Shown one piece after another: positions 31,423-41,251 of a stretch of 64,000 bases of DNA (the first letter of the stretch is position 1; each line of letters opens with the position of its first letter). Below the pieces are notes generated by a model. That model did not search any database and had not been told where the DNA came from. It was given only the letters and a program-made list of their open reading frames with translations. The DNA comes from Coriobacteriia bacterium (GTDB taxonomy: Bacteria; Actinomycetota; Coriobacteriia; Anaerosomatales; JAAXUF01), in assembly GCA_038245725.1 (NCBI GenBank), contig JBBRSD010000006.1:41036-105035 (forward strand), given 5' to 3'. The position numbers were made by a program, and so were the translations under genes.

Positions 31423-34400
31423 TCAGCCGCCGAGCATCGTGATGCGCACCGTGTGTTGCCGGCCGTCGTCGTCGAGCGCCACGCCGATTCCTTCGACGAG
31501 CAAGCCGTCGAGTTCGATGCGCGCCACGCCGCGGTTCACGCCTCGTGGGTTCTCCACCCGGATGCTATAGGTCGTCTCATCCCCGTGCCGGTACACCGCG
31601 TCGAAGCCGGCCCAGCGCTTGGGGATGCACGGATCGATCACCAGCAGCGTGCGCTCCTTCTCGGCGAGGAGGCGAATGCCGAGAAGAGAGCCCAGCGCCA
31701 CGCGGTAGAACCAGCTCGCAGCGCCGGTGTACCACGTCCACCCACCGCGTCCGGTGTGGGGTGGCGCGGCGTAGACGTCGGCGGCGACGACATAGGGTTC
31801 GACGACGTAGCGATCGGCGGCCTCGCGCGTCATCGAGTGGCTGATAGGGTTGATGAGATCGAGGAGCGAGTGCGCCTCGTCGCCGTCGCCACGCGTGAGG
31901 TAGGCGAGGATGACCCAGAGCGCTCCGTGCGTGTACTGGCCGCCGTTCTCGCGGACGCCGGGAACGTAGCCCTTGATGTAGCCGGGGTCGCGCGTGGTCT
32001 TGTCGAACGGCGGCGTGAGCAGCGCGATCAGGCCGTCTTCTCGGCGGACGAGCTTCTCGTCGACGCTGTCCAGAGCGATGGCGGCGCGGTCCGGGTCGCC
32101 GAGGCCGCTGATCGTCGCCCATGCCTGTGCGATCGCGTCGATACGGCACTCATCGGCGTCATGGGTGCCAAGTGGCGTGCCGTCGTCGAAGTATGCGCGG
32201 CGGTACCAGGAGCCGTCCCACGACTCCTCGGCAGCGGCGGCGAGGCGCTTGGCCCACACGCGGTAGTCCGAGGCGAGACCCGTGTCGCCGCGGCCTTCGA
32301 CGATGGGCGTGAACCGATCGAGCACGTAGCCGAGGAACCATGCGAGCCACACGCTCTCGCCGCGACCTTCGTGACCGACACGGTTCATGCCGTCGTTCCA
32401 GTCACCGCCACCGATAAGCGGCAGCCCGTGTGCGCCCGTCGGCCGGCCGGTCTCGATGGCAGCGAGGCAGTGCTCGTAGATGGTCGCGGCGCGCTCCGAG
32501 ACGGCTGGCTGCACGTAGGCGTCTTCGGCCTCGAGGGGTAGCGGCGGGCCTTCGATGTAGGCGACGTGCTCGTCAAGCACGCTCGCATCGCCGGTCGCGG
32601 CGAGGTACTCGGCGACGACGAGCGGCAGCCAGTGGCGATCGTCGGTGATGTGCGTGCGCACGCCTCGGCCGGAGTACGGCTGCCACCAGTGCAGCACGTC
32701 GCCCTCGGCGAACTGGTGATGGCTCGCCTCGACGATCTGCGCGCGCACGAGGTCTGGCCGCGCGATGAGCAGCGCCATGACGTCTTGCAGCTGGTCGCGG
32801 AAGCCGAACGCGCCGCTGCTCTGATACGTCGCGGAGCGCCCCCACAACCGGCACGCGGTGGCCTGGTAGAGCAGCTGGCCGTTGACCATGAGGTCGAGCT
32901 TCGGGTCGGGCGTGGTCACCTGAACCTTGCCGAGAAGATCGCGCCAGAATCCGGTGACGCTCGCGAGCGCGGCTTCGGCTGCTTCCGGTTCGCGGTAGCG
33001 AGCCACGAGCTCGCGCGCCTGCTCGAGCGTGGCCGTCTGGCCGAGGAAGAAGCTGATCTCCTCGGTGGCCCCGGGCGCGATCTCGAGCACGCACTGCATC
33101 GCGCCGCACGTGTCGTGGTAGCGACCGGACACTTCGCCGAGGTTCTTTCGGCGCATTGCGGCCGGGTCGCACGGCCGCCCGTTGCGGCCGACGAACTCGC
33201 TGCGGCTCGCGGTCCAGCTCGCGAGCGGGCGGTCGGTCGCGAGGAAACCGCAGCGTCCGGGGAAGTCGAGGTTGAAGTGGTTGTGGGCGGTGAGGATGTC
33301 GCTCTCGGCGTCGAACCAGGTCACCGCAAGCTGCTGAGCTCGAGAGCGAGAGTCGCCGAGCACCCACTCGACGAACTGCGTGACCGAAAGCGTGCGCGGC
33401 TCGTCACCGAGGTTGGTGAGCACGAGGCGGCAGACGCGAACGGGCTCGTCCTCGGCGACGAACCAGTCGAGCGTATGGCCGATCCCGTGCGTGTCGTGCT
33501 CGAAGCGCACGCGGCCCCGGCCGTGGCGAATAACGTACGGTTCCGCGGTTCGGACGGGAAGTGGAGTCGGGCTCCAGAACTCGCCGGTCGCCTCGTCTCG
33601 GATGAAGAAGGCCTCGCCGCTGCCGTCGCTGACGGGGTCGTTGTTCCAGGTGGTGATGCGGTTCTCGTGGCTGTTGAGCGCCCACGTGCAGCCCACGCCA
33701 GCTTCGCTCACCATGCAGCCGAACGTCGACGAGGCCAGCACGTCGATCCACGGCGCGGGCGTGGTCATCTCGTGATCGAGCACGATGACGTAGTCGCCGG
33801 TATCGAGGTCGAAGCCGCCGTAGCCGTTATCGAACGCGAGCGCGGGACGCGTGAACGGCCGCGTCGCAGGAGCTTGCGAAGAAGGCAAGGCGCTCGGGAC
33901 GAAGGCCTCAGGCAGCGAGAACGATCTCCCTCGGCGGTTGAGCTGCAACTCGATCGAGCCGAAGTCGCCATCGAGCGTGGCCCGTGCCACCGAGCTCAGC
34001 AGGTTGAGCACGTCGGGATGCATCTGGTCGATGCGCCGCAGGAAGACGCCGCCAGGTTTGTCGAGGAGCTGGAGCGCGTGCCCCGTACGCACGAGCAGCC
34101 GCAGACGGTCGTCGAGCTCGTCGGAGTAGCCGGTGGGCCGCGCATTCAGGATGACGAGGTCGGCGATGAGCCCCTTGTGACGCCAGTACTGGTGTGCGAG
34201 CAGAGCTTGCCGGACGAGCGGTGCGTGCTCGAGCTCCTCGACGCGAACGAGCAGGATCGGGAGATCGCCAGAGATGCCGATCGACCACAGCCCCGACATC
34301 TGCAGGCCGTTTTCAACGGTCGTCTTGGTCTTGAGCGGCGAGTGCGGGTCGGTCAGCAGCAGCCGCGACGCGAGCCGCTCGAGGATGACCGCTTCCTGCG

Positions 34401-37400
34401 GACTGATGCCGAGGTCGCGGAGTTCGAGCTGGGAAGCGGTCCAGGCGAGGTCGATCGCGCGTTGCGCGCTACGGGTGTCGTGGTACTTCTCGGAGAGGCG
34501 CACGGCGGTGTCGCGCTCGGCGGTGACGCCTGTGGCCAGCACGAGCCGCACGCTTTCGCCCGCAGGCAGCTCGATGATGCGGCGCAGCGAGCAGCACGGG
34601 TCGAGCACCGGTCCGCGCGTGCACGACAGCTCGCCGCCGTGCTCGACGGCGGCTGGATCGTCGACACCGCGCAGTCGGCCGAGGAACGCGGCGCGGTCGG
34701 TCTCGTAGCTGACGCCGCAGACCGGCTCCTGCTCGCACGAGAGCAGGTGGAGTCCCCAGTAGCGCGGCTCGTCGGAACTGCGGGGGCGACGCGTGAACAG
34801 CACGGTGTTGGTCTCGGCCAGCCACTCGGTCTCGACGAAGAGATTTGAGAACGACTTGTGCGCCTGATCGGAGGATTGTTTCGTCAACGCGATCTCGAAG
34901 TACGACGTGACCTCGAGCCGACGTGGCTTGAGGCCGTGGTTCGAGAACGTGACGCGCCTGATCTCGACGTCGTCTTCGGGCGAAACCGAGACCTCGACGT
35001 GGGTCTCGAGGCCTCCGTCGCGGCGGTGGAACTCGGCCTTGTCGGGCGCGAAGATGACGCTGTAGCGGTCGGGCCGCTTTGGGTACGGGTTGAACGGCGC
35101 CGAGAAGACCTCGTCGGTTTCGGTGTCGCGCACGTAGATGAACGTGCCCCAGCAGTCGCGCGTGACGTCCTCGCGGTAGCGGTTGACCGCGAGCCCGTTC
35201 CAGCGCGAGTACCCGCCACCACCGTTGGTGATCATCACCGAGTAGCGGCCGTTGGACAGGAAGTGGGTGGCGGGCACCGGCGTGTCGGCGGTGTTGTACG
35301 AGCGCGTGACCGGAGGCGGAAGCTCGCTCACCGAGCGCAAGTGCTTGACCTCCTCGGCATGTGGGGTGACGAGCTGTATGTGGCGCGGGACGCGCTCCTG
35401 CAGCAACAGCTCGGCCGAGCACACGATCGGGTCCTCGTGGAAGCGGTCGCGCATGCGGCCGTCGGTGAGCGCGTTGCCCAGCGCGACGAACGACATCCCC
35501 TGGTGATGCGCGAAGTAGCTCGCGACGACAGCGCGCCTCTGCCCTGCCGGCACGCGCCCGGCCGTGTAGTCGAGCGCCTCGTAGTAGCCGAAGCGGCCCT
35601 CCGCGCCTTCCGCCGAGAAGACCGTGAGGTCCGCGATGACTGCGTGCGCATCGACCGGCAGCGCGATGATCGCCGCGTACGGGGCGACCACGACGTCGTC
35701 GGACAGCCCGCGCTTGAGGCCGAGTCCGGGCACGCCGAACGCCTGGTACTGGTACGTGAGGTCCGCGTCTTTCGCGTTGAACGCCGATTCGCTCACGCCC
35801 CACGGCACGCCGCGCGCCGCACCGTAACTGATCTGCGCGCGCACCACGGTGCGGTACGTCTCCGAGAGGATCGTCTCGGGCCAGTCGTTCATCACGAGTA
35901 GCGGCATCAGGTACTCGAACATCGACGCGCTCCAGCTGACGAGCGCACGGCCGTCGTGCATGCGCGTCAGTGCCCGGCCCAGCCGGAACCAATGCTCCTG
36001 CCCGATGTCTCCCTTGGCGATCGCAAGGAAGCTCGCGAGGCGGCACTCGCTGGCGAGCAGGTCGTAGTAGCTGGGGTCGAGGCGACCCTCGTTGAGGTTG
36101 TAGCCGATGGAGAAGAGCTGACGGTGCGGGTCGAACAGCATCGAGAAGTCGGTGTGCTCCCACATCTCGCGAGCAATCAATGCGTCGAGTCGCAGCCGAG
36201 CGAGTTGCTCGATAGCGGCAGGTCGCACGCTGCGGATGCCCGCGGCGAGCTCAGCCGCCCATGTGCCGACCGTCGATGGTTCTGTCGCCAGCTTGTCGAG
36301 CATGGCGAGCGCCTCGCCCAGACCCCCGGCGATTCCGACGAGACTCGGCACTCGGTCGAGCAGCGGCAACAGCGCGTCTTGCGAGCGCACCTCGGCGGGG
36401 GCGTCGGCGATGAGATGTGCCCACGGCGTTAAATCGGCAAGCAGTATCTCGGACTCACGAATCGCAGAGAGCGAGTCGGCGACTGAGCACGCGAGGCGCT
36501 CCGTTGCGCTCGCGGGTATGCACGGCACGCCTTCAGCCGCAGGTATCGGGCAGGTGACGGCCGGTGTGTCGGCGAGCGCGGTCTCGACCTGGTCGGCGAG
36601 CGCGGAAAGCCTGCCCAGCAAGACGACCCAGGCGCCGAGATCGCAGGGCTGCTCGGCGACGTCGAGTGCGCGAAGAAGCGAGTCGAGCGCCTCGCGCAGG
36701 TCGCGTGTTTCGTGCGCGGCGGGCAGCGCGCTCTGCTCGGCGACGAGGTCTTCGAGCGCGAGGCGAACGGCGTCGCGCGCGCCGAGGATAAGCTGCGGAC
36801 CCACGAGTGAGGACTCGGACGCCTCGAGCAGCGCGATCCGCACGACGAGCAGGTGGCCGGCGAGGTTGCCTGAGTCGACGGTCGAGACGTAAGCGGGCCG
36901 CAGAGGCGCGAGGGTCTCGATGTTGTACCAGTTGTAGAAGTGACCGCGGAAGCGCTCGAGTCCCGCCATCGCGTTCAGCGTCGCCGAGACGCGCGTGGTC
37001 AGTCCGCGGACATTGATGTAGCCGAGATCGAACGCGTTGACGTAGGAGAGGAGCTGGAGGCCGATGTTCGTTGGCGATGTGCGCCACGCGACGACTCCGC
37101 CGGGATCCTCCTGGTAGTTGTCGGGCGCAAGGTGGTGGCCGTAGGCGGTCACGAAGGTCTCGAAGAACCGCCACGTCTTGCGCGCAACGCGGCGCAGGGA
37201 GTCTCTGTCGGCGGCGTCGAGGGGCTCTTGCGCGAGCACGGTCGCCGGTTGCGAGAGCCACCACGCGAACACCGGCCCGGCGAGCCATGATGCCGCCAGC
37301 GGAACCGCGACCGCGAGACGGACGAGCATGAGCAGCCAGGCCTTCTCGGTGGTCAGGCCGTCGAGGAAGGTGCCGAAGGTGCTCGCGACGAGCACCGCCA

Positions 37401-40266
37401 CCGCGACTGAGGCGTGAAGGCCCATCGCTCGCCAGAACGCCATCGGCGTGCGGCCCGCGCGCGCCTCGGCATCGGCGGCCGTCTCCCACTCGAGCAGATG
37501 CCTGTGCGAGACGGTCATGCGATACAGGGCTCGGGCGATCGCGTCGATCATGAGCCACGCCTGGTACGGCAGTGTCGATAGCGAAAGCGCACCGCGCACC
37601 GTGTCGGTCGCGAAGTCGCGGAGCACCGAGGGCGCGGTCGCCGCGAAGCTCACCGAGCGCGGGCGGAACAGCATCGAGTCGGCGAGCGAGAAGTACGCCG
37701 GGAAGAGCACCACCGCGATCATGAGGAGCGGCCACGAAACGGTCGCCTCGGGCACGAGCCACCAGCCGAGAAGGAACAGCACGAGCGTGGTCGGGGCTAC
37801 GAGCGAACGGCGCAGGTTGTCGACGATCTTCCAGCGATGTAGGCGCGAGAGCGGGTTTGGTGCCGGCACCCCATGCGCGTTGCTGACGCGCAAGCCGAGC
37901 CACGGCAACGTCTGCCAGTCACCGCGCACCCAGCGGTGAAGCCGAGATGACGCCGCGAGGTAGTTTGCGGGATAGTCGTCGAGCACCTCGACGTCGCTTG
38001 CCAGCGCAGTCCGCAGAAACGATCCCTCGATGAGGTCGTGGCTGAGCATCGAGTCCTCTTTGAAGCGCCCCTCGAGTACGCCTTCGAACACGTCGAGCTC
38101 GAAGATGCCCTTGCCGGTGAACGAGCCTTCGCCGAAGACGTCCTGATACGTGTCGGACACCGCGCCGGCATACGGATCGATGCCGGTCGATCCCGAGTAC
38201 AGTCTCGCGAAGCGGCTGCGCCCGGCCCCGGCGAGCGTCATCCCCACACGTGGCTGCACGAGACCGTAACCCTCGACGACGCGTGGCGTCCCCGGCTGCC
38301 AGCGCGCTCGGTTGAGCGGATGAGCGATCGTCGAGACGAGCTTGCGGCCACCGTCTCGGGGGAGGACCGTGTCGGCGTCGAGCGTAAGAACGAACGTGCA
38401 TGAGCGACGAAAAGCGGAGTCGCCCAGCTTGGTGGAGAACGTCGTGTCGGGGCGGCCTCGCATCTCGCGCGCGAGTTCGAGCAGCGCGCCGCGCTTGCGC
38501 TCCCAGCCCATCCAGAGGCCCTCGGACTCGTTAAGCCGTCGCGAACGCACGAGAAGGTGGAACGGTCGCACGCCATGCTCGGCCTCGTAGCGCTCGTTGA
38601 GCTCGGAGATGCCGCGCACCGCCGCCTCGAGCATCACGCCGTCATCAGAGCGCGTGGGATCGGGCGACGACTTCAAGTCGCCCAGTAGTGCGAAGGCCAG
38701 GTTCGGGTCGCGGTTCCCCAGGTAGGTGATCTCGAGGTGCTCGATGATCTCGCGTGTTGAAGCCACCGACGAGAAGAGGGCAGGGACAACGGCGAGCGTG
38801 CGATTCGACTCGTCGATGGGGAGGCGGAAGTCGAGCTTGGGAAGTCGCCTGGGCGGGAAGGCGACCGAGCCCAACCGGTTGACGACCACCAGCGCGAGCT
38901 CGCTGAGCGGCACCACTGCGGCCAAGGCAAGTACAGCTATCCGGTACGGACCCGCACCTTCGTTGTGGGCGTACAGAGACAGTCCCGCCAGGAGCAGCGC
39001 TGTCATTCCAGTGAGGGTGCCCCAATAGAACACGCCGTGGTGGCGGACGATCCGGTTGCGGTAGAAGCGCTCGCGTGGCCGCGGGCGATAACCGATGATC
39101 TTCTCCAGCTGGTAACGGCCTGGCTCGACGAGCCACCAGCCCACGTGTCCGCGCAGGTCATCGGTCGCATCGGCGGCGAGGGCCTCGCCCGCAAGCGCAA
39201 CGACCTTCTGCGCGACCTGGGCTTCCGAGTGGTGCGAGCGCCGGGCGATCTCCTCGAGCGCGTGGCGGTACCGGTCGCGGCTGTCGAAGTCCATGGCGCC
39301 GTACGTGCGGGCGGGATCTTCGCGCAATGCGGCCTCGACGTAGGAGACGGACTCGAAGAACTCGTGCCAGTCGAGTGCGTCGAGTAGCCGGATACTAGTG
39401 ATCGAGTTCGCGATGGAAACTTGGTTGGCGGCCTGCTCCTGCTGGGCCGCTGCGGCCGCCGTCTCCAGGACGATGCCGTCGGCGGACAGCCGGTGCTCGA
39501 GCCAAGCGTTGATCGTTTCGCCGCCCTGTTCGAGCTGGCCGAGCCGCTGCGAAAGCCTCACGAAGAACGTCGGTGAGACACCACGCGAGCCTGCGTCCAG
39601 CTCGCTCAGAAGGGCGGGCAGTTCGCCGGGCTCGCCTTGTGACGCGAGCACGAGCCGCTGAGCCCACGAATCAGCCGAGAACTCCGCGCGTTGCGAAACG
39701 ACCACCGCGCGCGACAGGCGCCGCAGGTTCTCCACGAGCCCGATACGCAGCATGATCGGGACGGCCCAGACCTCGCCGATCGTGAGCGGCTCGACGCGCT
39801 GGTAACCCTCGATGAAGGAGGCGAGGTACTCCTCGTCCAACCGTGAGTCCGTGTGCGCGATCAGAGCGAGGAGCGCCTCGTACACTCGCGGGAAGTCTCG
39901 GAAGGCGCCGTCGGTCAGGCGCGGAAGCTCGAGGCCGTAGTGCGAAGGGAGATCGGTGCGCACGAGCTGCACCTGCTCCTCGATCAGGTAGTAGTTGTCG
40001 AGGAGCCACTCGCCGGCAGGCGCCGCTGCGCCCCGCTCGCGCGTGCCGGCCGAAAGCTCGCTGCTATCGGCGGCGAGCGACGTGGCGGCCTTGTCGGCGA
40101 GCGCGGTGAGTGGGGAGACGCGTAGGTGGCCGCCGGTTGTGGACTTCTGCGCCGCGGACAGCGTCCGAGCCTCTACGGCCAGCCGCTCCGCCGAGAGGAT
40201 CTCAGCGCGCAGGGGCACGTCGCCCGGAGGGACTCTCGGCAGGGTTGAGCGGGTCGGGTCGGGCAT
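31423..40266 (-). CDS. Cyclic beta-1,2-glucan synthase (Cgs/NdvB/ChvB-like; GT84 + glucoamylase-like cyclase + GH94 phosphorylase)
   Basis: 2947 aa; WLLDNY, WMGWERKRG, TLDADT, SHDLIEG, RLHRWVRGDWQ, YDLLASE, WGVSES, QSSGAFGFRDQLQD, GDWNDGMN, ENGGQYTH, GGWTWYTGAA. Confidence 0.93.
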   Translation of the reverse strand: MPDPTRSTLPRVPPGDVPLRAEILSAERLAVEARTLSAAQKSTTGGHLRVSPLTALADKAATSLAADSSELSAGTRERGAAAPAGEWLLDNYYLIEEQVQLVRTDLPSHYGLELPRLTDGAFRDFPRVYEALLALIAHTDSRLDEEYLASFIEGYQRVEPLTIGEVWAVPIMLRIGLVENLRRLSRAVVVSQRAEFSADSWAQRLVLASQGEPGELPALLSELDAGSRGVSPTFFVRLSQRLGQLEQGGETINAWLEHRLSADGIVLETAAAAAQQEQAANQVSIANSITSIRLLDALDWHEFFESVSYVEAALREDPARTYGAMDFDSRDRYRHALEEIARRSHHSEAQVAQKVVALAGEALAADATDDLRGHVGWWLVEPGRYQLEKIIGYRPRPRERFYRNRIVRHHGVFYWGTLTGMTALLLAGLSLYAHNEGAGPYRIAVLALAAVVPLSELALVVVNRLGSVAFPPRRLPKLDFRLPIDESNRTLAVVPALFSSVASTREIIEHLEITYLGNRDPNLAFALLGDLKSSPDPTRSDDGVMLEAAVRGISELNERYEAEHGVRPFHLLVRSRRLNESEGLWMGWERKRGALLELAREMRGRPDTTFSTKLGDSAFRRSCTFVLTLDADTVLPRDGGRKLVSTIAHPLNRARWQPGTPRVVEGYGLVQPRVGMTLAGAGRSRFARLYSGSTGIDPYAGAVSDTYQDVFGEGSFTGKGIFELDVFEGVLEGRFKEDSMLSHDLIEGSFLRTALASDVEVLDDYPANYLAASSRLHRWVRGDWQTLPWLGLRVSNAHGVPAPNPLSRLHRWKIVDNLRRSLVAPTTLVLFLLGWWLVPEATVSWPLLMIAVVLFPAYFSLADSMLFRPRSVSFAATAPSVLRDFATDTVRGALSLSTLPYQAWLMIDAIARALYRMTVSHRHLLEWETAADAEARAGRTPMAFWRAMGLHASVAVAVLVASTFGTFLDGLTTEKAWLLMLVRLAVAVPLAASWLAGPVFAWWLSQPATVLAQEPLDAADRDSLRRVARKTWRFFETFVTAYGHHLAPDNYQEDPGGVVAWRTSPTNIGLQLLSYVNAFDLGYINVRGLTTRVSATLNAMAGLERFRGHFYNWYNIETLAPLRPAYVSTVDSGNLAGHLLVVRIALLEASESSLVGPQLILGARDAVRLALEDLVAEQSALPAAHETRDLREALDSLLRALDVAEQPCDLGAWVVLLGRLSALADQVETALADTPAVTCPIPAAEGVPCIPASATERLACSVADSLSAIRESEILLADLTPWAHLIADAPAEVRSQDALLPLLDRVPSLVGIAGGLGEALAMLDKLATEPSTVGTWAAELAAGIRSVRPAAIEQLARLRLDALIAREMWEHTDFSMLFDPHRQLFSIGYNLNEGRLDPSYYDLLASECRLASFLAIAKGDIGQEHWFRLGRALTRMHDGRALVSWSASMFEYLMPLLVMNDWPETILSETYRTVVRAQISYGAARGVPWGVSESAFNAKDADLTYQYQAFGVPGLGLKRGLSDDVVVAPYAAIIALPVDAHAVIADLTVFSAEGAEGRFGYYEALDYTAGRVPAGQRRAVVASYFAHHQGMSFVALGNALTDGRMRDRFHEDPIVCSAELLLQERVPRHIQLVTPHAEEVKHLRSVSELPPPVTRSYNTADTPVPATHFLSNGRYSVMITNGGGGYSRWNGLAVNRYREDVTRDCWGTFIYVRDTETDEVFSAPFNPYPKRPDRYSVIFAPDKAEFHRRDGGLETHVEVSVSPEDDVEIRRVTFSNHGLKPRRLEVTSYFEIALTKQSSDQAHKSFSNLFVETEWLAETNTVLFTRRPRSSDEPRYWGLHLLSCEQEPVCGVSYETDRAAFLGRLRGVDDPAAVEHGGELSCTRGPVLDPCCSLRRIIELPAGESVRLVLATGVTAERDTAVRLSEKYHDTRSAQRAIDLAWTASQLELRDLGISPQEAVILERLASRLLLTDPHSPLKTKTTVENGLQMSGLWSIGISGDLPILLVRVEELEHAPLVRQALLAHQYWRHKGLIADLVILNARPTGYSDELDDRLRLLVRTGHALQLLDKPGGVFLRRIDQMHPDVLNLLSSVARATLDGDFGSIELQLNRRGRSFSLPEAFVPSALPSSQAPATRPFTRPALAFDNGYGGFDLDTGDYVIVLDHEMTTPAPWIDVLASSTFGCMVSEAGVGCTWALNSHENRITTWNNDPVSDGSGEAFFIRDEATGEFWSPTPLPVRTAEPYVIRHGRGRVRFEHDTHGIGHTLDWFVAEDEPVRVCRLVLTNLGDEPRTLSVTQFVEWVLGDSRSRAQQLAVTWFDAESDILTAHNHFNLDFPGRCGFLATDRPLASWTASRSEFVGRNGRPCDPAAMRRKNLGEVSGRYHDTCGAMQCVLEIAPGATEEISFFLGQTATLEQARELVARYREPEAAEAALASVTGFWRDLLGKVQVTTPDPKLDLMVNGQLLYQATACRLWGRSATYQSSGAFGFRDQLQDVMALLIARPDLVRAQIVEASHHQFAEGDVLHWWQPYSGRGVRTHITDDRHWLPLVVAEYLAATGDASVLDEHVAYIEGPPLPLEAEDAYVQPAVSERAATIYEHCLAAIETGRPTGAHGLPLIGGGDWNDGMNRVGHEGRGESVWLAWFLGYVLDRFTPIVEGRGDTGLASDYRVWAKRLAAAAEESWDGSWYRRAYFDDGTPLGTHDADECRIDAIAQAWATISGLGDPDRAAIALDSVDEKLVRREDGLIALLTPPFDKTTRDPGYIKGYVPGVRENGGQYTHGALWVILAYLTRGDGDEAHSLLDLINPISHSMTREAADRYVVEPYVVAADVYAAPPHTGRGGWTWYTGAASWFYRVALGSLLGIRLLAEKERTLLVIDPCIPKRWAGFDAVYRHGDETTYSIRVENPRGVNRGVARIELDGLLVEGIGVALDDDGRQHTVRITMLGG

Positions 40267-40382
40267 GGACGATCCCCCAAGGGGCGAAGGCGCGGTTCGG
40301 CCGGTGGTTTGCTGTGCAAGAGGTGGTGCAGATGTAGATTATCCCCGAGTGCGACGTTACCAGCCGGCCAGTTGCGGTGGTC

Positions 40383-40398
40383 ATACCCCGAGGGGTAT
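40383..40398. promoter_or_regulatory. CsoR/CstR-family operator-like palindrome
   Basis: ATACCCC-GA-GGGGTAT perfect inverted repeat about 35 bp upstream of the rhodanese-thioredoxin start. Confidence 0.65.
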
Positions 40399-40432
40399 AG
40401 TTCGGGGAGCAAAACGTCGTGAGGAGTCGCGC

Positions 40433-41131
40433 GTGAAGAAGGCAACAATCTGGATCGTCGTGGCCGTAGCGGTCGTTACCATGGCGCTTCTGGCGTTCAG
40501 GCCCGCCGCCGGCGGCGTGAAGACCGTCGACGCCGCGGGACTCATCGCGGCCCAATCGAAGGGTGCACAACTCATCGACGTGCGCTCGAAGGGCGAGTAC
40601 GACCTCGGGCATATCGCCGGAGCGGTCAACGTGCCGCTCGATACTCTCCAGGTGGCGGCTGCGAACTGGGATCGCAACGCGACCTATGTCGTCTACTGCG
40701 CCTCAGGCGTCCGCTCATCCCAGGCTGTGCAGATTATGACCTCGATGGGGTTCAAGAACATCGACCACTTCGCGAAGGGCGTAAACGAGGGCTGGACTGC
40801 CCCGCTTGAGTCCTCTGATGGCTCGTCTGGCTCGAGCACCGTCCAGACGTCGGGCAAGCCCGTGCTGATCGAGTTCTACACCGATTCTTGACCCTCGTGC
40901 CAGAAGATGAAGCCTCTGGTCGAGGGGCTCGAGAAGTCGTACGCCGGCAAGGTTGAGTTCAGGCGGTTGAACATTGAGAGCGATCAGGCGGCGGTCAAAC
41001 TCGCCGACACGATGGGAGTGCAATACGTTCCGACGTTCGTGTTCGTGAACTCCAACGGTGTCGTGGCAAAGAACGTGGTTGGCGAGATGACCCAGGATGC
41101 GCTTTCGTCGGGAGTGAGTTCGCTCAAGTAG
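40433..41131 (+). CDS. Membrane-anchored rhodanese-thioredoxin fusion, predicted selenoprotein (Sec at UGA 40889-40891, UxxC)
   Basis: GTG start with GAGGAG RBS; N-terminal TM; rhodanese LIDVRS..EY..GHIAGAVNVP..VVYCASGVRS; Ser/Gly linker; Trx fold GKPVLIEFYTDS-TGA-PSCQKMKP...GVQYVPTFVF continuing in the same frame to TAG 41131 (232 aa). Confidence 0.85.
40911..40929 (+). promoter_or_regulatory. Putative bacterial SECIS hairpin
   Basis: AGCCTCT-GGTCG-AGGGGCT 7-bp stem with a G-initiated loop, 26 nt after the UGA. Confidence 0.65.
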
Positions 41132-41251
41132 CAATCAGCGCCATTCGCGCTCATCGCCGAATATCGCCCGAACGGCCTCTATGAGAGGCCGTTCGTCGTT
41201 CTCCACGGCAAAACCGGTGGCGCTGCGCGGCCATGAGCGTATATTCGATGT

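Noticed and set aside
40889..40891. Reading the TGA as a nonsense mutation (pseudogene) or two separate genes
   Set aside because: It sits exactly at the catalytic position of a thioredoxin motif, the frame continues intact, a SECIS-like hairpin follows, and the 40907 ORF would lack its active site.
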